Positions 16,124 through 26,534 of a DNA stretch of 64,000 nt are shown here, one piece after another; positions within the stretch are counted from its first letter, which is position 1; every line of letters starts with the position of its first letter. A model generated the notes under the pieces. That model was not told the origin of the DNA, searched no databases, and worked only from the letters and a program-made list of their open reading frames with translations. Origin of the DNA: Bdellovibrionales bacterium (lineage in GTDB: Bacteria > Bdellovibrionota > UBA1018). A program made the translations under genes and the position numbers. The DNA is taken from positions 27,975-91,974 of the forward strand of contig CANCQK010000011.1 of the NCBI GenBank assembly GCA_947380295.1, given 5' to 3'.

Positions 16124-17341
16124 ATGATTCAGACGGTAGAGACCCTGATTATCGGGGCAGGTGTCATCGGGAGTAGCGTTGCCATGCACTTGGCAAAGGT
16201 TGGGATGACCGGGATTCATGTTATTGATCTCGATTTGGAGGGAAGCCTCAGTAGCTCCGAGCTCAACGCTGGGGGAGTGCGGGCAACCTGGGTACAACCC
16301 ATCAATATTGAGATGTCCAAGTTGACCATCGACTACTTTTCTCAAGTTGCTGATCAAGTTGGGTATAAGCCTTGTGGTTATCTCTGGTTGCACCCGGAGG
16401 ACCGTTGGAACCGAGCCCTCCAGGCACGTGATCGCCAACTGGAGATGGGATGGCCGGTTGAGGTTTGGGATGTTGCCCAGCTTCGCAATCGAGTCCCTTT
16501 TCTGGACAAAACGGATGGTATTGCTGGAGCTATGTTTGCTCCTAGAGACGGCCTAATTAATCCAAATTTATTAAAAAATCACTACCGAGATGTAGCTCGT
16601 TCTCTTGGGGTTGGCTTCGAGGATCGAACCGTATTGCGAGGGGTCAGCTACGAGAATCACTCGCCGTCACCGATTCATGCCACCTGTGAGCGGTTTGAAA
16701 AAGTGATGTCCCACGAGACCAAATTGGAAATCTCTGCTTCAGAGAGTCACGATTTGGGACGAGCCAAGATCGAATATCGCGCTCAGCTGATTATTAATTG
16801 CGCAGGACCTTGGGCATTTCGTGTTGCACAGATTTTGGGCTATTCAACTTCCGCGCGTCCCGTGCGGCGTCAGGTTTGTATTTTTGATGGCCGAGATGTG
16901 GACCTCACTCCCTATGGGATGATTGTGGATACTTCGGGGGTGTACTTTCACCCTGAGGCCATGAACGGACTCGCTGGTTTTGCTAATTCAGACGAAGCCA
17001 CGGGGATTAATTTTGAATATGACGGTGAGAGATTTTTCGAGGAACGGATCTGGCCTGCACTTTATGAGCGTTCGACCGCTTTTGAGCGACTCAAGCATGT
17101 GACCGGTTGGGCCGGTCTTTATGAAGTATCCCCAGATGAGTGCGGTATTATCGGATCGGTTCAGAAGGGTGTTTTTGAGGCGCACTCATTTTCTGGGCAT
17201 GGAGTGATGCATAGCTATGCTGCAGGACTGGTTCTGGCTGAGGAAATTGTGTTTGGTCGCTCCAGAACGATCGATAGTGCTCTGCTTTCGGGGGATCGAT
17301 TTAAGACAGGAAAACTGATTCACGAAAATCTAGTGATTTAG
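16124..17341 (+). CDS. FAD-dependent oxidoreductase (DAO/sarcosine-oxidase-like family)
   Basis: The N-terminal dinucleotide fold is TLIIGAGVIGSSVAMHLAK. The C-terminal FSGHGVMHSYAAG is typical of the DAO family. Confidence 0.85.
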   Translation: MIQTVETLIIGAGVIGSSVAMHLAKVGMTGIHVIDLDLEGSLSSSELNAGGVRATWVQPINIEMSKLTIDYFSQVADQVGYKPCGYLWLHPEDRWNRALQARDRQLEMGWPVEVWDVAQLRNRVPFLDKTDGIAGAMFAPRDGLINPNLLKNHYRDVARSLGVGFEDRTVLRGVSYENHSPSPIHATCERFEKVMSHETKLEISASESHDLGRAKIEYRAQLIINCAGPWAFRVAQILGYSTSARPVRRQVCIFDGRDVDLTPYGMIVDTSGVYFHPEAMNGLAGFANSDEATGINFEYDGERFFEERIWPALYERSTAFERLKHVTGWAGLYEVSPDECGIIGSVQKGVFEAHSFSGHGVMHSYAAGLVLAEEIVFGRSRTIDSALLSGDRFKTGKLIHENLVI

Positions 17342-17351
17342 AGAAAAGTAG

Positions 17352-18494
17352 GTGGGAGAAATGGTTGAGGGTTTTTCGGCTCCAGTGACTTCGACTCGAT
17401 TTCCTCTGACTGTGCAGGCAATTCACCAAGCCCTCGAGACTGACGTTGCCCCAGGCTTTGCTGTTGGGATCTGGTGCAAAAAGGAACCCAGCCAGTTTTG
17501 GCTCGGAGCCTGGGGGAGTCGGAGGGTTGTGCCCTCGCGGCTTCCGATTTCCGTCGATACTCCTTTTGACTTGGCCTCCCTGACGAAAGTTGTGGCGACT
17601 TCAGTTTTAGCTGCGACGATGGTGGATCGAGGTTGGCTCCGATGGGATACTCCGGTGGCGTCGATTCTCACTCAGTTTTCCGCTCAGGATGTCGAGGTGA
17701 GGCATCTACTTTCTCACACGGCTGGGTTTGTGGCTTGGAAACCCTACTGGCAAGCCTTGCGTGAGGGACTCACTCACCATGGACTCGCAGCTGAGTTAGA
17801 AAAGATTCCAGTAAAAATTCGACAAGCGCGGATGCGTGAACTGATTCTAGCGGAGGTCCCGGATGAAAAGCCGGGGGCTCGCGTGCTGTATTCGGACGTT
17901 TCCTTTTTACTTTTGGGATTTTTGTTGGAGGAGGTCACTGGTCGACCCCTTGATCGAGCAGTCCGAGACTTCGTTTGGGAGCCATTGGGGCTGCGTGAGT
18001 TTCAATATCGACCTGGACATCAGCCCTCCGAGATCATTGCTGCTACCGAAGACTGCCCATGGCGTAAGAGGGTTCTTCAGGGTGAAGTTCATGACGACAA
18101 CTGTTGGGCAATGGGTGGCTATGCAGGACATGCGGGAGTATTCGGGACTGTGAACGGGCTGTTAAAATTCATCCGCAGTTTAGTGATGGATCGGTTTTTG
18201 AGTCCGCGAGTTTTGGCCGAGATGTGGACCCCTGTGGCTGAACCGGCCGGGTGTGGCAGGACTTTGGGTTGGGATACTCCTTCGGAGGTAGGCTCTTCGG
18301 CTGGGCAGTACTTTTCTCGTCGTTCGGTAGGGCATTTGGGGTTTTCGGGAACCTCGCTTTGGTATGATGCGGATGCAGGAGTAACGGTTGCTATGATTTC
18401 CAATCGAGTCCATCCTTCCCGGGAAAATAATCGGATGAAGGAATTTCGGCCCATTTTTCATAATGCTGTACGGACTGATCTACTGCAGTTCTAA
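17352..18494 (+). CDS. serine hydrolase, beta-lactamase / PBP4*-like family
   Basis: The SxxK motif lies in FDLASLTKVVAT. A YSD motif (YSDVSFLLLG) and HLGFSGTSLW (the HxG box) are also present. Confidence 0.85.
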   Translation: MGEMVEGFSAPVTSTRFPLTVQAIHQALETDVAPGFAVGIWCKKEPSQFWLGAWGSRRVVPSRLPISVDTPFDLASLTKVVATSVLAATMVDRGWLRWDTPVASILTQFSAQDVEVRHLLSHTAGFVAWKPYWQALREGLTHHGLAAELEKIPVKIRQARMRELILAEVPDEKPGARVLYSDVSFLLLGFLLEEVTGRPLDRAVRDFVWEPLGLREFQYRPGHQPSEIIAATEDCPWRKRVLQGEVHDDNCWAMGGYAGHAGVFGTVNGLLKFIRSLVMDRFLSPRVLAEMWTPVAEPAGCGRTLGWDTPSEVGSSAGQYFSRRSVGHLGFSGTSLWYDADAGVTVAMISNRVHPSRENNRMKEFRPIFHNAVRTDLLQF

Positions 18495-18544
18495 GTTGAC
18501 TCGGGCGATCGATTGAGGGGACAATTAAGCCCTAACCTAAGGGA

Positions 18545-20026
18545 GTGGATATGAAATTGCCTGAGCTGAATTCCTTAAAAAATGTTCATATCATCGGTGT
18601 TTGTGGAACTCTGATGGGCGCCTTTGCCTCTTATCTACAGAATCGAGGGATTCGAGTCAGCGGGAGTGATCAAAATGTTTATCCTCCGATGAGTGATGTG
18701 CTCAAGGCAGCCGGAGTCCACCTGATCAATGGGTATCGAGCTGAAAATCTTTTGAATTCTGGCTCAAAGCCTGACCTTGTGGTCATTGGAAATGTGATTC
18801 GGACAGATAATCCCGAGGCAAGAGCTGCAATTGATGGGGGCTATGTCTACACGTCGTTGCCCGAGGCGATGGAGCGACTCCTTTTAAATAAAACTCGAAA
18901 TCTCGTTGTCGCAGGGACCCATGGTAAAACGACGACATCCAGTCTTTTGGCTCATGTGCTCTTCGAGTGTAGGCAAGATCCGAGTTACTTCATCGGGGGT
19001 GTTTCTCAGGATTTGCCTCAAAGCTTTTATCTGTCGGAGAGGGATTTTGGGATTCAGTCTCGGTCTATGGGTTCAACCCAGCGACCCGGCTATTTTGTAC
19101 TTGAGGGAGACGAGTACGATACTGCATTTTGGGATAAGGTCCCGAAGTTTAACCATTACTTGCCTGATGATGTGATTCTGACTTCGGTTGAGTTTGATCA
19201 CGCGGATATTTATGCGGATCTCGCCGCTGTTATGAAGGCTTTCGAAGGACTAGTTACACGAGTCCGACCCGGTGGACGATTGATCTGTTGCACGGATTAC
19301 TCTACCGTTCAGGAGCTCGTCCGTCAGGCTCGAGTTCCTGTTTTAACTTATGGAACCCGCCTGGATGGGGGTGCGCGATTTACGGTTCGCACTGTGAAAG
19401 TTGTGGACGGATTAACCACTTTTGCTGTCTTTGATGGCGAACAGCAAGTAGATGAGCTGACTCTTCAGATTTCAGGAACTCACAACCTTTTGAATGCTTT
19501 AGCTGTTTGGATTCAGACCCGCGAGTTGGGGCTGGATCGCGAAGTCGTGGCTGCTGCGTTTCGATCGTTTCGAGGGGTGAGGAGAAGGCAAGAAGTGAGA
19601 GGCGAGCCTCGAGGTGTTTTAGTGATTGATGATTTTGCACATCATCCCACGGCTGTTCGAGAAACCCTCAAAGGTCTGCGGGCAAAGTATCCTGGGCGGC
19701 GGGTGATTTCAGTTTTTGAACCAAGAAGCGCGACCTCTCGACGAAAGATATTTCAAAATGATTATGTTTTGGCCTTTCAAGAGTCAGACTTAATTTGGAT
19801 TTCAAGTCCCTTTGATCAGTCTCGAATTGCTCCGGCTGATCAGTTTTCAAGCCAGACTTTGGTTGATGATTTAAATGGAAGAGGTAAAGAGGCTCACATT
19901 CTTGAGTCTGTGGATCGAGGTGTTCTGGATGTGGTCCGTGCAGCTCGACCGGGTGATTTAGTGGCCGTACTCTCAAACGGTGGGTTCGATGGATTCATTC
20001 CGAAGCTGCTCAAGGCGATGGAGTAG
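18545..20026 (+). CDS. mpl: UDP-N-acetylmuramate:L-alanyl-gamma-D-glutamyl-meso-DAP ligase
   Basis: HIIGVCGTLMGAFASYL..GIRVSGSDQNVYPPMSDVL matches the Mpl-type N-terminus. The P-loop is GTHGKTTTSSLLAHVL. A Mur ligase C-terminal domain is present. The start could instead be the ATG at 18551. Confidence 0.9.
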   Translation: MDMKLPELNSLKNVHIIGVCGTLMGAFASYLQNRGIRVSGSDQNVYPPMSDVLKAAGVHLINGYRAENLLNSGSKPDLVVIGNVIRTDNPEARAAIDGGYVYTSLPEAMERLLLNKTRNLVVAGTHGKTTTSSLLAHVLFECRQDPSYFIGGVSQDLPQSFYLSERDFGIQSRSMGSTQRPGYFVLEGDEYDTAFWDKVPKFNHYLPDDVILTSVEFDHADIYADLAAVMKAFEGLVTRVRPGGRLICCTDYSTVQELVRQARVPVLTYGTRLDGGARFTVRTVKVVDGLTTFAVFDGEQQVDELTLQISGTHNLLNALAVWIQTRELGLDREVVAAAFRSFRGVRRRQEVRGEPRGVLVIDDFAHHPTAVRETLKGLRAKYPGRRVISVFEPRSATSRRKIFQNDYVLAFQESDLIWISSPFDQSRIAPADQFSSQTLVDDLNGRGKEAHILESVDRGVLDVVRAARPGDLVAVLSNGGFDGFIPKLLKAME

Positions 20027-22070
20027 AGCGAGGCTCCTTTGCGTCTGTTTTTTTCATTTCCAGCTGTTCGTCTAGGATGACCGTCTTGCCTTCTTCGATA
20101 GTCACCTGAACGGTCTTGGACATCCCCAAGATTTCGTTTTCGAGGATAATTTTATAGGGTCCGATGGGGACTTTTTCCCCTTCCAGAGGAGTTTGCTTGA
20201 CCCAAGGCGAGCCATCGATGAGCAGGGTAGCGTTAGCACTCGGTGTCGTATGAAGGGTCAAGAAGCCATAATGAAGGGGCTCAATCCCTAGATCCATGAC
20301 CCATTCCTTGAGACCGGCGGCCTGCTTGGAGTCTACGACGAACTGACTCTCAAAGGGCTTAAAGCCCAGTCGATTCACGGTGAGGTCGAGAGGGGTATCG
20401 AGGCGAACTCGGATCGACGTTTGACCCGCAGGTAAGGTTTTTCCATTTAATGAAATCGAGGGATTCCCGCCGCCAGGCGAGAGTTGTAGTTTTAGAGTAA
20501 TGGATGGACCGCCGAGTTCTCGATCGGTCTCGCTAGGGCCTTCCGATATCTGTGAAGGGGGAAGGGGAGCTGGAGAGGAGCCCTTTTGAACGGGGTTTTG
20601 GCTGAAAAGCTGAGGGATGAACTCTAAAGCGCCAGTCCGATGTGTTCCTAGAACAGGACTAATGGCTAAGACTCCGAGGAAAATCAAAAGGGCAGCGATT
20701 CTTAAATGAGATTTCTTTGGCAGAGATCCGCCTGGAGGTGGTTCTTGCGCCTTAGGTTTTGCCATGGATCGGGGCTTCATTTGAGATGACTGAGTCTGTG
20801 ATTTTTCCAATTCGATTCGGGACGATCGAGTCCCTGAGGGAGGATGTCCCGATCGAGTCTGAGAGCGAATCTCTTGGGGCATCTTGTCAAGTTGAGCCTT
20901 TACTTCGTTTACTGACTGAGGGGAATCCGAGTGCTCTTCTGGCGAATCGATCAAACGGCTATTGAGAGCGATGGATCGTTTTTCTGGTTTGCTAAGATCT
21001 GCGGCGGGGACTTTCGGGTGGGGCGTAACTCCAATTCGAGTTGCTGCTGTTCCCCGAGTTTCTAATGCGAGCTGGACCTCGATTTCAGCATTAAGGCTCT
21101 GAATTTTTTTCCGGTCTTCCACGATTTCATTTTTAAATAAATCCTTGGCGTAATAAGCGAGGTCAGTGGGATTGAAGTCGTCAAAGTAGGTGTAAATAAA
21201 CTTATGGAGAGCTCGAGCCATGTCCTCTGCAGTGCTAAATCGGCGCTCTCGTTGTTTGGCAAGCGCTCGAAGTACGATATCATTTAATTCCTTGGGGATA
21301 TCTGGATTGTGAATTGAGGGCGGCTTGACGTGAGTAGAGCTGCTCTCGATCATTTTTAAAACAGCCAAGTCATTTTCACCTGCAAAAAGTTTCTTCCCCG
21401 TAAGTGCTTCCCAGAGGACCGCTCCAAGTGCAAAGATATCGCTTCGTCCGTCGAGTGACTCGCCGCTGATTTGTTCGGGGGAGAGGTAGCTCGGTTTCCC
21501 TTTGATGATCCCGGCTCGAGTTGCTTCTGAGTTCGTAGCCGCTTTTGCAATTCCAAAATCAATGACTTTGACGTTTCCCTCGAAAGAAATGATAATATTT
21601 TGGGGACTTACGTCTCGATGAACCACATTGAGTCGATCTCCAGTGATTTTGTCTCGATAATTGTGAGCGTACTGCAGACCAGATGCAGCTTGCTCTGCAA
21701 TAAAGGCTGCGAGTTCGATCGGAAATGGCTTTTTAAGTTCGGCGAAGCGGTTAATCAGTTGTCTTAGGTTTCGACCGTCGACCCACTCCATAGCAATGTA
21801 AGGCTGATGATCTTCTTCGCCAAAATCATAAACTTGAACGATATTCGGGTGGTTAAACCCTAAAGTGACCTTGATCTCCGATTTGAACATATGGAGAAAA
21901 TCTCGGTTCTCTCCATAGCTCGATTGGATCTTTTTGATGACAAGGAGTCGTCCCGCAACGTCGGTGGATGCGAGGCGGGCTCGGTAGATCTCGGCCATGC
22001 CACCTTGGGCCAAGAGGTCCAAGAGGTAGTATTTTCCGAATCTCTTTTTAGTCTCTGTCATGAATCCCAC
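20010..22070 (-). CDS. Hanks-type Ser/Thr protein kinase with a TM segment and PEGA-like C-terminal domains
   Basis: Kinase motifs are GQGGMAEIYRA, HRDVSPQNIII, DFGIAKA and SPEQ. After an S/P-rich linker and the TM segment IAALLIFLGVLAI comes LLIDGSPWVKQTPLEGEKVPIGPYKIILEN (PEGA-like). The gene overlaps the convergent mpl 3' end by 17 nt. Confidence 0.9.
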   Translation of the reverse strand: MGFMTETKKRFGKYYLLDLLAQGGMAEIYRARLASTDVAGRLLVIKKIQSSYGENRDFLHMFKSEIKVTLGFNHPNIVQVYDFGEEDHQPYIAMEWVDGRNLRQLINRFAELKKPFPIELAAFIAEQAASGLQYAHNYRDKITGDRLNVVHRDVSPQNIIISFEGNVKVIDFGIAKAATNSEATRAGIIKGKPSYLSPEQISGESLDGRSDIFALGAVLWEALTGKKLFAGENDLAVLKMIESSSTHVKPPSIHNPDIPKELNDIVLRALAKQRERRFSTAEDMARALHKFIYTYFDDFNPTDLAYYAKDLFKNEIVEDRKKIQSLNAEIEVQLALETRGTAATRIGVTPHPKVPAADLSKPEKRSIALNSRLIDSPEEHSDSPQSVNEVKAQLDKMPQEIRSQTRSGHPPSGTRSSRIELEKSQTQSSQMKPRSMAKPKAQEPPPGGSLPKKSHLRIAALLIFLGVLAISPVLGTHRTGALEFIPQLFSQNPVQKGSSPAPLPPSQISEGPSETDRELGGPSITLKLQLSPGGGNPSISLNGKTLPAGQTSIRVRLDTPLDLTVNRLGFKPFESQFVVDSKQAAGLKEWVMDLGIEPLHYGFLTLHTTPSANATLLIDGSPWVKQTPLEGEKVPIGPYKIILENEILGMSKTVQVTIEEGKTVILDEQLEMKKTDAKEPRSTPSP

Positions 22071-22124
22071 CTGTACAGGTATCTGTACATTAAGCAGTCG
22101 GAATAATTTTGGAATTTCTTAAAC

Positions 22125-22820
22125 TTAGTTTTGATTTTGTATTTCAGGGTCAAGTTTATAGCCAACCCCGTAGACCGAGTGGATGCTCTGCGAAAGGTTT
22201 GGGATTTTCTTCCTCAAAGCGCGGATATGGACGTCAATCGTTCGGTCGTTGGTGCTTAATGAGTCATCCTTCCAGACCGCCTTTAAGATTTCCTCTCGGG
22301 AAACGACAGTGCCTTTGTGGTCTGCAAGAAGGCGCAGGATGTCAAATTCAGTGAGGGTTAGGTGAGTTTTCTTGCCTTGGTAAAGAACTTCGCGTGTTGT
22401 GGGGTCAATGACTAGGTCTCCTACCGTAACTACTGGATTTGAATCGGACTTGGGCTGAGTTAGACGGTTTCGAATTCTTGCAAGGAGTTCTTTATAATCA
22501 AACGGCTTGGGAAGGTAGTCGTCTGCCCCAGCGGCTAATCCCAAAGAAACTTCTGAGCGGATCGATTTTGAAGATAGAAAAATAATCGGGATATGCTTGG
22601 TCTTCGAATCCTTTTTGAGTAGGCTGCAGACGTCATAACCACTCAGAACTGGGAGAACTACATCCAAGACGATGAGATGAGGGAGTCGAGACCGGGCTGT
22701 CTCTATTCCGGATGCGCCATTATCAGCGCAAATGATTTCAAATTCGTTCCCTAGCATGGCCTCTAGGAAGCGTCGGGTGCTGGGACTCTCATCAATGATT
22801 AAAATTAGAAGTTTTTTCAT
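22125..22820 (-). CDS. OmpR/PhoB-family response regulator
   Basis: The receiver domain shows ILIIDES...LIVLDVVLP...KPFDYKELL. The winged-helix output domain shows LTLTEFDILRLL...TIDVHIRALRKK...VYGVGYKL. Confidence 0.93.
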   Translation of the reverse strand: MKKLLILIIDESPSTRRFLEAMLGNEFEIICADNGASGIETARSRLPHLIVLDVVLPVLSGYDVCSLLKKDSKTKHIPIIFLSSKSIRSEVSLGLAAGADDYLPKPFDYKELLARIRNRLTQPKSDSNPVVTVGDLVIDPTTREVLYQGKKTHLTLTEFDILRLLADHKGTVVSREEILKAVWKDDSLSTNDRTIDVHIRALRKKIPNLSQSIHSVYGVGYKLDPEIQNQN

Positions 22821-22909
22821 AGTCTAATCTACTCAAAGTTCTTATCGGTAGGTTTTGAATGAGGTTGATTTATTTCTTCAATTTCTCAGCCATTTTCCGA
22901 TAGACTGTT

Positions 22910-24031
22910 ATGACCGAAGCAAAGAATTCAAAACGTCTACGAGCTGTTGGGGTAGTCGTCGGTCTAACTTTACAGATGAGTGGATTAGCTTCGACCGCCT
23001 GGGCGCGACAAGATATTATTGCTGGCTCGCGATTTACGCCGGCTCAGATCGCTGCATTGGGGGACTCTGCTTTCACGCTTGGCGATGAAATGTCAACCGG
23101 ACTTTTTTATAATCCTGCGAATTTAGCGAAAATTAGGAAATTCAATCTTCAGCTTTTGAACTACTCAATAGGTGGTACGAGTGCCTGGGTCAATCATTTG
23201 AATTCCAATTCGTTGGATGTCATCAATCTTAATTCTTATGCTTCTACTATGGACTCCTACCCAGGGCAGAAATTTGGTGGAAGCTGGTCGTTTTTTCCAA
23301 GTATTTCATTCCCTTTTTTAACCTTTGGGATTTTGGCTCAAAGTGAATTCGGCGGAAAATCAGATGGCAGCGGTACCATTACTTATCAAACAGTGAGCCA
23401 ACTCATTCCAGCCATTGGGACTGGTTTTCGTTTCTTTAATGGCGTGGTCCGTTTTGGGTATAGTTTGCAGTATGTCAACGAGGCTGTCGGAACACAGACA
23501 GCATCTTCATCGAGCAGCTTAAACTATACTTCAGGCTTATCGCAGGGATCTGGATTGTCTCACACCTTTGGGCTGTCCATTGTGATCCCGCAGCCCTCGA
23601 TACCAACGCTTTCGGTCGTTGTGAGAAATGCTTTTAATACGGTGTATTCGAGCTTTAGTCTTTTTCAGTTTTCTCAGTCGCCTAGCGGTACGCCCCCAAC
23701 AGAGCTGATGACGGTGGATTTGGCTTATGCCATGAGCATGCGGGTGGCTCCCGGAGTGAATTCACACTGGTCGATTGCCTATCGAGATCTCCAGAATCGC
23801 TCTGATGTGGCTTCATGGATTGCACACATGGGATCAGGAGTAGAGCTTGCCATCAAGGAGAGCTTCTTTTTAAGGACTGGGTTTCGAACAGGGTACGTTT
23901 CGTTTGGGATGGGAATTAAGAAGCCTGGGGCAGAAATTTCTTTGGCTTATTATAGCGAAGAAGTTGGTTCTCACTATCTAGAACAAGCAGATTCTAAATT
24001 TATTTTTCAACTAAGAACATCAATCTACTGA
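22910..24031 (+). CDS. putative outer-membrane beta-barrel protein
   Basis: It has a signal peptide (GLTLQMSGLASTAWA). The sequence is Ser/Gly/Tyr-rich with alternating hydrophobicity. ALGDSAFTLGDEMSTGLFYNPANLA resembles the N-terminal plug motif of TraF/PorV-type barrels. The C-terminal residue is aromatic (..RTSIY). Confidence 0.5.
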   Translation: MTEAKNSKRLRAVGVVVGLTLQMSGLASTAWARQDIIAGSRFTPAQIAALGDSAFTLGDEMSTGLFYNPANLAKIRKFNLQLLNYSIGGTSAWVNHLNSNSLDVINLNSYASTMDSYPGQKFGGSWSFFPSISFPFLTFGILAQSEFGGKSDGSGTITYQTVSQLIPAIGTGFRFFNGVVRFGYSLQYVNEAVGTQTASSSSSLNYTSGLSQGSGLSHTFGLSIVIPQPSIPTLSVVVRNAFNTVYSSFSLFQFSQSPSGTPPTELMTVDLAYAMSMRVAPGVNSHWSIAYRDLQNRSDVASWIAHMGSGVELAIKESFFLRTGFRTGYVSFGMGIKKPGAEISLAYYSEEVGSHYLEQADSKFIFQLRTSIY

Positions 24032-24047
24032 GCGGAAAGGTGAATTC

Positions 24048-25247
24048 ATGAAGTTAGCGATGACTGTATATTCTCCAAGTGCATCAAAGGAAAAGCTTTG
24101 GGTTGAGCAAGTTCATTCGGCACTTCAGAAGTGGATTGATGTGGATGCTAGAGAAGGATCAAAAACAGACAGTCTTGGCCAAATTATTTTTATTGATGCA
24201 ACAGATCCTGTGTCAGGGCATCACTATGCCGGTCGTCTCCTTGATGAGGTCTTTTCTCGATTCGAGCGTCGGGGAAGAGTCGTTTTTCTTGTGGTCCATG
24301 AGGAGACAAAGGACTTTCCGGCCCTTCTCTTGGAGCGTCGGGTAGATGATGTTTTGTTGATGCCATTTCGTCCATTAGAGCTATTGAGTAAGATTCAAAA
24401 TTATGAGCAGCTCTTGCTCTGGAATGAGCTTAGTCAGCTGAATGCTTCTTTTTCAGAGATTTTGGGACACCTTCATTTTGATTTAGAGCTAGCCGAAAGA
24501 TTGCAAAAGTCGCAGCTGCCTAAAAGATTCACAGGAATTAAAGGACTCGATGTTTTTCATCGGTATTTAGTGGGAGGTCGATCAGGAGGGGATTATTTTG
24601 ATTTGGCCGAAGCGAACGATCAATCGACCCTTTCGTTAGTTTTGTCAAACTCATCCAGCTACGGACTTTGCAACTCAATTCTTTCTGTGCTGATGCGAGT
24701 GTGCTTGAAAATTTCGACTGACCAACTTCAGAAAGCCGATGCGACGACTGATGTCGTCAGGTCTATTTATCAAGAGATTTTATTGACGCTTCGAGCAAAA
24801 GATTATTTCTCGATTTTCTTTGGGACATTGGATCGTAAATCACTTCTCCTGCGATTTACCTTTATGGGGGAGGGTGCTCTCTATTACGCGCCTCCGGGGC
24901 AGTCGTTTCAATATTATCCTCCGATGGAGCAAGTTATTTCCAGGGAAAGTGTTTTTCCTGAGGCGGGAGAGTTTCATATTCAGCTCCATCCTCGTGGAAG
25001 GCTGATTTTACTTTCGGGTGGAACGATGGACCTCCTAGGAGGTGCGTCTGAGATTGCGAAGGTGATTGAATCCTGTGACGGGAAGCCTCTTCAAGATCTG
25101 CTCAATGAAATTTCATATCGGATTAAATCTGGTCTTGAAGAGGGGGAACTTCCAACTCGTGATTGTACTGCTATTGCTTTTGAAATGCAGGCAGGCGGTG
25201 CACCAAGTCTTGCGGTAGTAACTAAGCCAGGGCAAGTCGAGAGCTAG
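24048..25247 (+). CDS. PP2C/SpoIIE-family phosphatase with an N-terminal degenerate receiver-like domain
   Basis: LAERLQKSQLPKRF...FHRYLVGGRSGGDYFDL is the RsbU/SpoIIE signature. The N-terminal roughly 120 aa are receiver-like (IIFIDATDP, VLLMPFRPLELL), but Met replaces the conserved Lys. Confidence 0.8.
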   Translation: MKLAMTVYSPSASKEKLWVEQVHSALQKWIDVDAREGSKTDSLGQIIFIDATDPVSGHHYAGRLLDEVFSRFERRGRVVFLVVHEETKDFPALLLERRVDDVLLMPFRPLELLSKIQNYEQLLLWNELSQLNASFSEILGHLHFDLELAERLQKSQLPKRFTGIKGLDVFHRYLVGGRSGGDYFDLAEANDQSTLSLVLSNSSSYGLCNSILSVLMRVCLKISTDQLQKADATTDVVRSIYQEILLTLRAKDYFSIFFGTLDRKSLLLRFTFMGEGALYYAPPGQSFQYYPPMEQVISRESVFPEAGEFHIQLHPRGRLILLSGGTMDLLGGASEIAKVIESCDGKPLQDLLNEISYRIKSGLEEGELPTRDCTAIAFEMQAGGAPSLAVVTKPGQVES

Positions 25248-25365
25248 ATCTAAGGATCCGCTTAATCAGTTCTTTTAATTTACGCATATGGCCTAGAGAA
25301 TAGTCGATTAGGTTTAAAAAATCAACGAAGATCGGTATGCGTGCGTACTCAGTCAAGCCATTGGG

Positions 25366-26532
25366 TTAAACGTTCCTGAGCGCTTGCTCTAAGTCAGTTT
25401 TTAAATCTGCGAGATCCTCGATCCCAGTACTGACTCGGATCAAATTGTCGTGGATACCCAAGAGCTTACGGGTCTCAGGTGGAATGCTGGCATGGGTCAT
25501 GATGGCAGGGTGTTCAATGAGAGACTCTACCCCTCCAAGGCTCTCAGCGAGAGAAAAGAGTTTCACGCTCTCGAGAAACCGACGAGCTGCCGCAAGATCG
25601 CCTTTTAGAAAGAAAGTAATCATTCCGCCGAAACCTGACATTTGCTTTCGTGCGAGTGCGTGCTGAGGGTGGGATTCTAGTCCTGGGTAAATGACGCGTT
25701 CCACCTTAGGGTGGGCTTCAAGAAACTTCGCGAGTTCAATGGCATTTTTTTCGTGTCGCTCCATTCGGACGTGGAGTGTTTTTAGACCGCGCATCACGAG
25801 AAAACAGTCCATGGGGGCAGGAACCGCGCCTACAGCATTTTGAAGGAATTTGAGCTCTGAGTAGAGTTCAGCGCTGTTGGTCGCAAGTACTCCGCCGACC
25901 ACGTCGCTGTGGCCGTTCATATATTTGGTGACGCTATGAACGACGATGTCGGCTCCGAGTTGAAGTGGTTTTTGAAAATAGGAACTCATGAAGGTGTTAT
26001 CCACTACCGTGCGCACTCCTCGTTTTTTTGCTAGGCTTGAGAGTGCTTGGATATCAAGAATCTTGAGCATCGGGTTAGTGGGTGTTTCCATCCATAAAAG
26101 CTTTGTATTAGGACGAAAAGCAGCCTCTGCCTGCTTGAGGTCTGAAAGGTCAACGAAGCTAAATTCAATTCCCATTTTCTTGAAAACTTTGTCGAAAATT
26201 CTAAAAGTTCCACCGTAAACATCGTCGCAGGATACGACGTGATCACCGGTTCTTAAGGTATGAAGAATCGCATCTGTGGTTGCTAGACCTGACGAAAAAG
26301 CAAGGGCATGTTGAGCGCCCTCGAGTGCGGCCACGCATGCCTGGTAGGCAGTTCGAGTGGGGTTGTCGGTACGTGAGTACTCATATCCCCGATGTTTTCC
26401 CGGTGACTCTTGTACATAGGTGCTGGTTTGAAAAATTGGCGTCATGACTGCGCCAGTAGTCGCCTCGGGAGGTTGGCCGGCATGGATGGCGAGTGTTCCG
26501 AATCCAGAATGAAGCAAATCAGAGTGTTGCAT
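25366..26532 (-). CDS. cystathionine gamma-lyase/synthase family PLP enzyme
   Basis: SVTKYMNGHSDVVGG contains the PLP lysine. The N-terminal GFGTLAIHAG and C-terminal LIRVSTGIED blocks are also present. Confidence 0.9.
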   Translation of the reverse strand: MQHSDLLHSGFGTLAIHAGQPPEATTGAVMTPIFQTSTYVQESPGKHRGYEYSRTDNPTRTAYQACVAALEGAQHALAFSSGLATTDAILHTLRTGDHVVSCDDVYGGTFRIFDKVFKKMGIEFSFVDLSDLKQAEAAFRPNTKLLWMETPTNPMLKILDIQALSSLAKKRGVRTVVDNTFMSSYFQKPLQLGADIVVHSVTKYMNGHSDVVGGVLATNSAELYSELKFLQNAVGAVPAPMDCFLVMRGLKTLHVRMERHEKNAIELAKFLEAHPKVERVIYPGLESHPQHALARKQMSGFGGMITFFLKGDLAAARRFLESVKLFSLAESLGGVESLIEHPAIMTHASIPPETRKLLGIHDNLIRVSTGIEDLADLKTDLEQALRNV

Positions 26533-26534
26533 GT

